Shown here: positions 30,959 to 38,867 of the stretch, piece by piece | How positions within the stretch are numbered: position 1 is the stretch's first letter | Layout: each line of letters starts with the position of its first letter | Assembly (NCBI GenBank): GCA_033763315.1 | Contig: JANRKS010000034.1 | Location: 128,001 to 192,000, forward strand | Length of the DNA: 64,000 nt | Origin: Deltaproteobacteria bacterium | GTDB lineage: Bacteria > Myxococcota_A > Polyangia > Fen-1088 | Direction of reading: 5' to 3' | The notes under the pieces: generated by a model | What the model was told of the DNA's origin: nothing | Databases searched by the model: none | What the model saw: only the letters and a program-made list of their open reading frames with translations | Position numbers and translations under genes: made by a program

Positions 30959-33574
30959 TTAGCCCTTCTTCTTGGCCAACTCTTGGTCGACGATCTTCTT
31001 GAACGTTTCAAGCGGATAGGCGCCACCGATCTTGCGGCCGTTGATGAAGGTGGCTGGGGTGCCATTGACACCCACAGATTGACCCAACTTCATGTCTTCC
31101 TCGATCAAGGCGGTGTATTTGTTCGCGTCCATCGCTTGCTTAAACTTGTCCATGTTCAAGCCGATTTCCTGCGCGAACTTGTCCAGGCTGGCGCGGTCCA
31201 GGGTCTGCTGGTTTGCAAACAGCTTATCGTGCATCTCCCAGAACTTGCCCTGCTCGTTCGCGGCCAAAGCGGCTTGTGCGGCGGGCTTTGCGTTTTGGTG
31301 GAAGTCCAAGGGGAAGTTCTTGAACACAACGCGAACTTTGCCTTTGTATTGCTCCTCGATTGCGTGAATCGTGGGGTTTACGCGGCTGCAGAACGGGCAT
31401 TGGAACTCGCTGAACACCACCATGGTGATCGGCGCGTTCTTCGGGCCACGCGAAGGCGAGTTACCTGGATCGATCTTCGTCACGGTTTGATCGTTCTCAG
31501 GGCCAGCCGCTTCGTTGTTCGCTGCGGCAGGCGCGGGGGCCGGAGCCGAAGCCGCTTCCTTCATGATCGCCTCGTAGACTTTGCTCTTGGGCGTGCCCTT
31601 CTTGACCAGCTCTTCGGCCTTCTTCAACTCCTCGTCGATGCGGCTCTTAAACGCCGTGTAAGGTTGGGCGCCCGACAGCAAAATGCCGTTGATGAAGAAA
31701 GCAGGCGTGCCATTGGCGCCAATCTTTGCCGCCAAAGCCGCGCCCTCTTCCACGATCTGCTTCACCTTCTCCGATTGTTGAGCGGCCTTGAACTTCGACA
31801 CGTTCAAGCCCAGCTCTTGGGCGTATTTGTCAAAGTCTTCCGGCGACAAAGCCTGTTGATTTGCAAACAGCTTGTCGTGCATTTGCCAGAACTTGCCTTG
31901 CTCGCCCGCAGCGTGGGCGGCCAAAGCGGCAGGCTTGGCGTTCTGGTGGAAGGGCAGCGGCAGGTCTTTCCAAGCGAAGCGAACCTTGCCTTTGTACTCA
32001 TCTTCAACCTGCTTGAGCGTGGGCTCTACGCGGCTGCAGAATGGGCATTGATAGTCAGAGAAGATCACGATGGTGACCAACGCATCGGCAGGGCCTTTGG
32101 TGGGCGCGTTGCCCACGGGCACCTGCAAACGTGCGCCAGCTGGCGGTGCGCCCGGTGCGGCCGCGGGGGCCTCAGCCGAAGCCTCGCTCTTGCCGTTCTT
32201 GATGATTTCAGCGTACAGGTTCTTGCGCGACACACCCGAAGCGATCTTGGCGTCTGCCTTTTTGATCTCTTCGTCGATCACCGTCTTGAAGGCGTCGTAA
32301 GGCTGCGCGCCGCGGAACACGCGACCGTTGATGAAGAACGAAGGCGTTCCCCGAGCGCCAAACTTGGCGGCCGCCGCCTTGTCGCGTTCGATCCGGTCTT
32401 TGACCTCTTTGCTGTCGTAGTCCTTCTTGAACTTGACCATGTTGAGGCCCAGTTCCTTCGCATACTTGTCGAAATCATCAACCGACAACGCCTGCTGGTT
32501 TGCAAACAGCTTGTCGTGCATCTCCCAAAACTTGCCTTGCAAGCGCGCGGCTTCCGCGGCCTGGGCAGCTGGGGTCGCGTTTTGGTGAAAGTCGAGCGGC
32601 AGGTGTTTGAACGAGAACGCGACGTCGTTCTTGTAGTTGTCTTCGATCTGCTTAAGCGTGGCCAACACGCGGCTGCAGAAGGGGCATTGGAAATCGGAGA
32701 AGGAGACGATGGTCACCTTCGGCTCTTTGGCGCCTTCAACCGGCGAGCCATCGATCTCAACCTTAAACACTTCGTCAGAAACAGGGGGCTTCACGGCGGG
32801 CGCGGCAGGAGCGGCCGCGGGGGCCGCAGGTGCAGCGCTGACCGAAGCCATCAACTTGGCGTACACCTGCTTCTTCGGGGTACCTTTGGCCACCAACTTT
32901 TCTGCGCGAGCCACCTCGTCATCAATGACGGTTTTGAAGCTCTCGAACGGCACGGCGCCTTCGATTTTGCGACCGTTCACGAAGAAGTTTGGCGTGCCCT
33001 GCACACCAATGGCGCGGCCGGCGGCCAGGTCATCTTCCACGGCCTTCTTGAACTTGCCGGAATCCAAGGCTTGCTTGAACTTGCCAACATCGAGGCCAAT
33101 GTCTTTGGCGTAGGTGTCGAGGTTGTCGCGCTTGATGGCTTGCTGGTTGCCGAACAACTTGTCGTGCATCTCCCAGAATTTGCCTTGCTCGTGGGCGGCC
33201 AACGAGGCCTCAGCTGCCAATTGCGCGTCGCCGTGGAAAGGCAGCGGGTTGTGCTTGAACACAACGCGGACCTTGCCCTTGTACTCCTTCATGATCTGCT
33301 CAATCGTGGGTCCCACGCGCGAGCAGAACGGGCATTGAAAGTCCGAAAACTCCACAATGGTGACGAGGGCGTCTTCCGCTCCCTTGGACGGACCGTCGGC
33401 TGGCACCTTGATGCGCTCGACGCTGCCAACGATCTCTTTGTCCTCTGCAGAAGCGACGACGGCTTCGTCGCCCCCTGCGCCCCCCAGCTTGCCGCCGGAT
33501 GATATGCGCCCCAAGGCAAAACCACCCACGAGGGCGATTGCCGTTAGGACGAACGCTGTCCCTGTCTTCACCAT
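30959..33574 (-). CDS. membrane-anchored protein with four tandem DsbA/Com1-type thioredoxin domains
   Basis: four FS[DE][FY]QCPFC motifs, each with a later GTP cis-Pro motif; Ala/Pro linkers; AGGAG SD. Confidence 0.93.
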   Translation of the reverse strand: MVKTGTAFVLTAIALVGGFALGRISSGGKLGGAGGDEAVVASAEDKEIVGSVERIKVPADGPSKGAEDALVTIVEFSDFQCPFCSRVGPTIEQIMKEYKGKVRVVFKHNPLPFHGDAQLAAEASLAAHEQGKFWEMHDKLFGNQQAIKRDNLDTYAKDIGLDVGKFKQALDSGKFKKAVEDDLAAGRAIGVQGTPNFFVNGRKIEGAVPFESFKTVIDDEVARAEKLVAKGTPKKQVYAKLMASVSAAPAAPAAAPAAPAVKPPVSDEVFKVEIDGSPVEGAKEPKVTIVSFSDFQCPFCSRVLATLKQIEDNYKNDVAFSFKHLPLDFHQNATPAAQAAEAARLQGKFWEMHDKLFANQQALSVDDFDKYAKELGLNMVKFKKDYDSKEVKDRIERDKAAAAKFGARGTPSFFINGRVFRGAQPYDAFKTVIDEEIKKADAKIASGVSRKNLYAEIIKNGKSEASAEAPAAAPGAPPAGARLQVPVGNAPTKGPADALVTIVIFSDYQCPFCSRVEPTLKQVEDEYKGKVRFAWKDLPLPFHQNAKPAALAAHAAGEQGKFWQMHDKLFANQQALSPEDFDKYAQELGLNVSKFKAAQQSEKVKQIVEEGAALAAKIGANGTPAFFINGILLSGAQPYTAFKSRIDEELKKAEELVKKGTPKSKVYEAIMKEAASAPAPAPAAANNEAAGPENDQTVTKIDPGNSPSRGPKNAPITMVVFSEFQCPFCSRVNPTIHAIEEQYKGKVRVVFKNFPLDFHQNAKPAAQAALAANEQGKFWEMHDKLFANQQTLDRASLDKFAQEIGLNMDKFKQAMDANKYTALIEEDMKLGQSVGVNGTPATFINGRKIGGAYPLETFKKIVDQELAKKKG

Positions 33575-33826
33575 TTTATCGGTCTCCTAACCACGAGAGT
33601 CTGTATGTGCGGCCTAGTTGAATGTCGGCGGTACGGTAACCGAACCCCGCCATACCATCAAGGCCGGCCTTGCCGCATGAATTGATAGGATGAAACTGGG
33701 CCTGTGGGGTTTCTATTTCCGCGTTGCACACCCTTTACAAAGCTGACACCAAGCCCGCCGGTCGTGGGCGGACCCATGTGCAGCCTCAGAGTTTGCGGTC
33801 TTTTTACGAGATGCCTGCAGGACTGC

Positions 33827-33855
33827 TTGACGGCCCGCCGCTACCGAGGTACGAA
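33827..33855 (+). promoter_or_regulatory. putative sigma70 promoter of tRNA-Phe
   Basis: TTGACG-17 nt-TACGAA about 30 nt upstream of the tRNA. Confidence 0.45.
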
Positions 33856-33883
33856 CGTTGCCCCTACGGCACCCACGCCGTAA

Positions 33884-33956
33884 GCCCAGGTAGCTCAGTT
33901 GGTAGAGCAGGGGACTGAAAATCCCCGTGTGGGCGGTTCGATTCCGTCCCTGGGCA
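33884..33956 (+). tRNA. tRNA-Phe(GAA), CCA not encoded
   Basis: cloverleaf: GCCCAGG/CCTGGGC acceptor, GCTC/GAGC D arm, GGGGA-CTGAAAA-TCCCC anticodon arm, TTCGATT T loop. Confidence 0.97.
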
Positions 33957-34003
33957 CACCTGTTCGTTTTGTGGCAGCCGCGAGTCTTTACTTGCAGCGG
34001 TTT

Positions 34004-35326
34004 TCACACGCCCGGCGTGATTTCTTCAGGCGGCGCCGGCAGTTTTTCGCCTTCGAGGCGCCGAATACGGCCGTCGCGGATGGCCAGAATCGTGAGGCGA
34101 AAGCCCTCGAGTTCAATGGCGTCGCCCGGCACCGGCCGGTCTGTGAGAATCGATTCAACGAACGCGCCGACGGTTTCAATGTCGGGCGTGGGTGGCGTGA
34201 GCGCCAGACCCAGGTCGCGCGCGGCCACATCTAATGTCACGCGGCCGTCCACCTCGAAGGTGCCGTCAGGGCGGATCACCATGGGGGGGATTTCTTCATA
34301 ATCCTGTTCGTCGCGGATCTCGCCCACAAACTCTTCAAGCAGATCCTCGAGCGTCACGATGCCGCTGAATGTGTGTTTGGGACCGAGCACCACGGCGATG
34401 TGCACGCGCCGGCGCTGAAACTCGCGGCGCAACCATTCAAGCTGCGTTTCCTCAGATACGAAGATCGGCTCCCGCGCGAGTTCGCGCATGTACTGTGGTC
34501 GCCGCCCGCTCGCGAGCGCGGCGAAAATATCTTTCAGGTGCACATAACCGACCACGCGATCGCCATCAGGCACCACCAGTGGATAGCGGGTGTATTGATG
34601 GGCCAAAGCCACCGCGAGGTTCTCGTCAAAACTGCGCCCGGCCTCCAGAACCACGGCGTCGCGACGCAAGGTCATCACGTGCCGGGCCACCCGGTGCGTG
34701 TAATCGAACACGCGATCGATCAAACGTCGCGCGCCCGGCTCCATGCTGGCGTGTTGCAAAACCATTCGCATTTCTTGGGGGCTGTGCAGGAACTCGGCTT
34801 CGGTGGTGGAGTGCAGACCCAGCAGCTTCAAAAACAAGTTTGCGGCTGTATTCAAGGCCCAAATTAACGGAAAGGCGGTCCAATAGAACGCCTGAAGAAA
34901 CGGCGCCGTCCACAGGGCGATAGGCTCGGTTCGCTGGATCGCCAGCGACTTCGGCGCCAGCTCGCCAATGACTGTGTGCAAAAAAGTGATGATTGTGAAA
35001 GCCACGCCCAGGGCAATGGCGTGGCTGGCACTCTCGGCCCATTCGCCGAGGCGGGACAGCCCGGGCACGATCAGGTGCGAAAGCGCCGGCTCGCCCAGCC
35101 AGCCGATGCCCAATGAGCACAGTGTGATGCCCAATTGATTGGCGGACAGGTAAGCGTCGAGCCGGCCCGTGATTCCCGCTAGCAATCGGGCGCGGCGGTG
35201 GCCCTGCTTCACCAGCTCCTGAATGCGGGTGGGGCGGATCTTTACGATCGCGAACTCCGAAGCGACGAAGAACGCGTTGGCAAGCAATAGCAGTACGGTC
35301 AGGGCCAGCGCGACGCTGGAAGTCAT
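34004..35326 (-). CDS. hemolysin/CNNM-family protein (DUF21-CBS-CorC)
   Basis: NAFFVASEFA, QLGIT..SLG.GW.GEP, GEL.PK, CBS pair, GIVTLEDLLE..VGEI.DE. Confidence 0.93.
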   Translation of the reverse strand: MTSSVALALTVLLLLANAFFVASEFAIVKIRPTRIQELVKQGHRRARLLAGITGRLDAYLSANQLGITLCSLGIGWLGEPALSHLIVPGLSRLGEWAESASHAIALGVAFTIITFLHTVIGELAPKSLAIQRTEPIALWTAPFLQAFYWTAFPLIWALNTAANLFLKLLGLHSTTEAEFLHSPQEMRMVLQHASMEPGARRLIDRVFDYTHRVARHVMTLRRDAVVLEAGRSFDENLAVALAHQYTRYPLVVPDGDRVVGYVHLKDIFAALASGRRPQYMRELAREPIFVSEETQLEWLRREFQRRRVHIAVVLGPKHTFSGIVTLEDLLEEFVGEIRDEQDYEEIPPMVIRPDGTFEVDGRVTLDVAARDLGLALTPPTPDIETVGAFVESILTDRPVPGDAIELEGFRLTILAIRDGRIRRLEGEKLPAPPEEITPGV

Positions 35327-35388
35327 AATGGCGGCGCAGTTTAGCAGTCGCTTGCCAAACCTCGCGGCTTGGTTTTTTTACCTATTAA

Positions 35389-35401
35389 AATCAACGGCTT
35401 G
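35389..35401 (+). promoter_or_regulatory. IHF consensus site
   Basis: AATCAACGGCTTG matches WATCAANNNNTTR and has an upstream A/T tract. Confidence 0.5.
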
Positions 35402-35474
35402 CACGCTATTTCTGGGCCCAGCGACCCGCCCACGATGCCGGCCCTAGAGGTTCCACAATGAACTGAAAAATTGC

Positions 35475-35496
35475 GCCAATGAACCGGTTCATTGGC
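35475..35496. promoter_or_regulatory. 22-bp perfect palindrome, probable operator
   Basis: GCCAATGAACCGGTTCATTGGC in a divergent intergenic region. Confidence 0.65.
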
Positions 35497-35582
35497 AATG
35501 CGATTGCCGTGCGGGCCGTCTGCGGAGGGGGCAAGGAAGGTAGCGTGGCGCGCCTGTCGTTGAGGCTATACTGCCGCCCTCT

Positions 35583-37877
35583 ATGCGCCTCTTCATCACC
35601 CTCGTTGTTTGGCTTGGTGTTTCTGCGTCCGTCTGGGCCCAGGATTGTCCTTCAGGAAACCTATTGGCCGGCAAGCGGCCCGTGCAGTGGCAAGACACAC
35701 AGAACGATCTCGCCTTGATCACCAATGGCGAGGTCACCCAGGAGGGCGCGATTTGGAACGCCCAACAGGCCGTGCTGCTGGATTCAGCCGTGGCATCGGT
35801 GACGTACGACTTGGGCGGCGAAATGCCTTTGGCGGCCGTGCACATTCAGGCCGACGCCAATGACGTCTATCCCATTTCTGGATCCTTGGATGGACGTGAG
35901 TGGAAGGTGCTGGGACAGCTCGAGATCGCCGATGGGGTGCATGGGTTGCGCAGCCGTTCATTAAACCTGGGTGGCGTTCGCACGCGCTTCATCCGCATTG
36001 CCGAACCCACCGGTGATGGCTCGTTCTCCATCAGCGAGCTGCAGGCCTTCTGCAAATTGCCCGAGGTGTTTCCACCCGCGCTCAAAGAGGTGAAAGCCAA
36101 TTCTCAGAAGACGAATGAGCCGGCTTGGAACGACACCACGAGCCGGCAGTGGGAGATGGTGCTCGCGTGCTTGGTGCTTTCGCTTTTGTGGTGGGGGCGC
36201 ATTTTGCGGCAAGAGGGTCGCCCCAATCACATGAAGAAACTGCGCGATCGGCTTTTGATCGCCACCCTGCTTGTCTCGTCGGCGACCTATGTGAACTTCT
36301 TCTCGTTTCACTTCGGCAATTTCATCCACGGGTGGGATACGTTCCACTATTACGTCGGCTCGAAGTACTTCAAGGAGCTTGGCTATAGCCGACTCTACGA
36401 ATGCATCGCTGTGGCCGACGCCGAAGATCCCAAATGGCGGCGACGGGTCGAGTTGCGCAAGATCACCAACTTACGCACGAACGCGCTTGAAACCACGAAA
36501 GAGATCCTCGCACACCCCGAACAGTGCAAAGATCACTTCACGGCGCCACGTTGGCAGTCCTTCAAGGTGGACATCGCCTATTTCCGCGGACGCGAATCAC
36601 CTAAGCGGTGGGACGACACCAGCACTGATCATGGCTACAACGCCACGCCCGTGTGGAACTTGGCGGGCTCGCTGTTGGCGAACACGGCCCCGGCCAGCCA
36701 CACCCAGATCTTTTTGTTGAACCTCATCGATCCGCTCTACTACCTGGGCATGATCCTGCTCAGCCTCTGGGCGTTCGGTTGGCGGGTCACGGCGGTGGCG
36801 ATGGCCGTGTTCGCCACCAACTTCCCCAGCCGTTTTTATTGGACGGGCGGCGCGTTCCTCCGATGGGATTGGCTGTTCTTCACCGCCGCCACCGTGTGCT
36901 TCTTGAAAAAGAAGATGCCCTTTGCCGCGGGCCTATCATTGGGCTATGCGGCGCTTTTGCGGGTGTTCCCCGGCTTCTTGGTGGTGGGGCCGGTTTTGGG
37001 ATTTGGCATGCACGTCTACAAAAACAGGAAGCTGCTGCCGCTCGATGATTTGTCGAAGTTCTATATGCGGTTCTTCCTGGGTGGCATCTTGGCTGTGGCC
37101 GTTTTGGTGCCGGCCAGCTTCGCTACAAGCAATGGCGTCGCCAGCTACAAGGAGTTCGTCCAGAACTCGGTGAAGCACAAGGAGACGCCGCTCACCAACT
37201 ACATGGGGCTGCGAACGGTGGTGGCGTACCGGCCAAACGAGGTGGGGCGCCTCATGCGCGACAACACGAAAACCGATCCCTGGGCGGGTTGGAAGAAGGC
37301 GCGCATCGACGGCTATCACAACGCCATGCCGGTGTACGTGGCCATCGCCTTGGGGTTCTTGGTGCTTATTGCCCTTGCCACGCGCAAAGCGGAACCGTGG
37401 ATGGCCGCGGCCTTCGGCATCACCTTCATCCCCATTGCGGCGGAATTAACCTGTTACTACTACGCCTTTATCATCGGCATCGCCTACCTGCATGAGAAGA
37501 GCGAGGATGTGGGCATCGTCCTGTTGGCCCTGACGGCCGCCTCCGAGTTCATCTCATTGAGCCCCATCAAATACATGCCGACCTGGATTGATGAGCAATA
37601 CACGTGGATCTCGCTAGCCACGCTTATTGCCTTCGGCCTCGTGCTTTGGTGGTTCCGCGACGGTGTTCCCAAGCCGCCCGCATTGCTGCCAGCCACCGCG
37701 CGCGGACCCGTTGGCACCGCCCAGGGCGCACCGGGGGGCCCCCAGGGCCCGTCAACGAAGGCAGGGGAGGGTGTGGCCGAGGATCACGCCTCTGCACCGC
37801 CCCGGAGGCCCGTGGGAGCACCCCGCCGGGGGAGCGCCGGAAGGGCACGCCGACCTAAACCGCGCAACCGCGGTTAG
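35583..37877 (+). CDS. polytopic membrane protein: discoidin-like N-domain + putative GT-C (GT87-like) glycosyltransferase
   Basis: signal peptide; YDLG..., S.DG..W, RFIRI, SISEL discoidin pattern; about 11 TM segments, GYNATPVW loop, L.R.FP motif. Confidence 0.62.
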   Translation: MRLFITLVVWLGVSASVWAQDCPSGNLLAGKRPVQWQDTQNDLALITNGEVTQEGAIWNAQQAVLLDSAVASVTYDLGGEMPLAAVHIQADANDVYPISGSLDGREWKVLGQLEIADGVHGLRSRSLNLGGVRTRFIRIAEPTGDGSFSISELQAFCKLPEVFPPALKEVKANSQKTNEPAWNDTTSRQWEMVLACLVLSLLWWGRILRQEGRPNHMKKLRDRLLIATLLVSSATYVNFFSFHFGNFIHGWDTFHYYVGSKYFKELGYSRLYECIAVADAEDPKWRRRVELRKITNLRTNALETTKEILAHPEQCKDHFTAPRWQSFKVDIAYFRGRESPKRWDDTSTDHGYNATPVWNLAGSLLANTAPASHTQIFLLNLIDPLYYLGMILLSLWAFGWRVTAVAMAVFATNFPSRFYWTGGAFLRWDWLFFTAATVCFLKKKMPFAAGLSLGYAALLRVFPGFLVVGPVLGFGMHVYKNRKLLPLDDLSKFYMRFFLGGILAVAVLVPASFATSNGVASYKEFVQNSVKHKETPLTNYMGLRTVVAYRPNEVGRLMRDNTKTDPWAGWKKARIDGYHNAMPVYVAIALGFLVLIALATRKAEPWMAAAFGITFIPIAAELTCYYYAFIIGIAYLHEKSEDVGIVLLALTAASEFISLSPIKYMPTWIDEQYTWISLATLIAFGLVLWWFRDGVPKPPALLPATARGPVGTAQGAPGGPQGPSTKAGEGVAEDHASAPPRRPVGAPRRGSAGRARRPKPRNRG

Positions 37878-37930
37878 GCCGAAGGAGCTGCGGCGACGGT
37901 GCGTTGAGGAACGCAGCGCCCGCAAAATCA

Positions 37931-37962
37931 AAAGGCCAGCGTCGCAGCTGGCCTCTTTCTTT
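37931..37962 (+). terminator. intrinsic terminator (possibly bidirectional)
   Basis: AGGCCAGC-gtcgca-GCTGGCCT followed by CTTTCTTT; A run on the 5' side. Confidence 0.7.
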
Positions 37963-38190
37963 GCACCGGACAATGGCGGCGGCTCATTGCGGGCGATTGG
38001 GCATCAATGAAATCGGGCCGCTTTTGACGTTTTCCGCGGCGGCCAATCAACGGCGGCCTTCGAACGCACCACGAGCCCGGCCCCGAAACAGGAAACGTGT
38101 CCTGACTCGATGACCGGGCTCGTGACGCTGGCTACCGAGTTATCTCGGCGCCCGCGTTCTTTCCGGAAGAACCCGGAAAGACAAGTTGGC

Positions 38191-38322
38191 TCACTTAGCC
38201 TTCTTGGCCTTCTTAGCCTTCTTGGCTTTCTTAGCCTTCTTGGCCTTTTTTGCCTTCTTAGGGGCTTTAGCGGCCTTTTTGGCTGCCTTCTTTGCGGGCG
38301 ATTTTGCGCTCTTTCGTGCCAC
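38191..38322 (-). CDS. 43-aa Lys/Ala-rich histone-H1-like microprotein (not in ORF track)
   Basis: GTG..TGA encoding MARKSAKSPAKKAAKKAAKAPKKAKKAKKAKKAKKAKKAKKAK; AAAGAAGG SD 6 nt upstream; repeat varies only at synonymous positions. Confidence 0.85.
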   Translation of the reverse strand: MARKSAKSPAKKAAKKAAKAPKKAKKAKKAKKAKKAKKAKKAK

Positions 38323-38590
38323 AGTGGACCTTCTTTCGTTTTGTACCAATGACTCGTAAAAAAAGACGAGAAAAGTGCTTCTAATGAACCGACAGGGAGA
38401 CGCCCGATCCGTGAGGTTCTGACCTTTCGGCGAACCTTTCGTTCCGATCCAGGGCGCGGATCACTCTGGCGAGGGATCCGGCAACGAGCCGCTTTGCGAT
38501 CAAGTCGTTCTGCTTTTGTCGGGGCTTGGGAACTTCAGACGTCAACGATTCACACCTGTGTTGGCAACATCTGAAGAACTGTAACTCTGC
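38323..38590 (-). ncRNA. candidate structured 5' leader RNA
   Basis: 12-bp hairpin plus a four-way junction with GAAA tetraloop; most G-U pairs form on the minus strand. Confidence 0.5.
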
Positions 38591-38596
38591 TTTTGA

Positions 38597-38645
38597 ATCG
38601 TAGTCCTTTGAACGCTCGTGTCAACAATTTTAAATTTGATTTCTG
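38597..38645 (-). promoter_or_regulatory. strong sigma70-type promoter with UP-like element
   Basis: TTGACA (38624-38619)-16 nt-TACGAT (38602-38597) preceded by AAATCAAATTTAAAA. Confidence 0.68.
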
Positions 38646-38867
38646 CCAAAAAAGTGCATTTTTCTGCATTTTCGGATCGAAATTCGACAATGAACCCCTG
38701 CGAAGTGCATTTGAAGGCCATTTCATCAGCGTGGATCGGGTGTGTGAATCCGCGTGTGCATGCACTTTCTGATCTCGTGCGAATGAATGAAGCACGCGCG
38801 TCGCTCACCAGTTCATCCAGTCGCATTCACACCCGCGAAGTCAGTGTGTTTGCTGCATGCGTGGCGG

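Noticed and set aside
30959-33420. Long DNA repeats resembling an array
   Set aside because: Explained by four paralogous DsbA domains; no CRISPR-like repeat-spacer periodicity
30983-33502. 839-aa plus-strand ORF
   Set aside because: Antisense shadow of the strongly codon-biased multi-DsbA gene; no recognisable motifs
33659-33672. 14-bp palindrome CAAGGCCGGCCTTG upstream of the multi-DsbA gene
   Set aside because: GC-rich and single-copy; plausible by chance in this composition
33884-34003. tRNA-Phe as an integration site
   Set aside because: No integrase nearby and I saw no duplicated tRNA 3' end
38110-38352. 80-aa Leu/Gly-rich plus-strand ORF (LSLLGLL...) resembling a type I toxin peptide
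   Set aside because: It is the reverse complement of the KKA ORF; SD, promoter and synonymous variation all favour the minus strand
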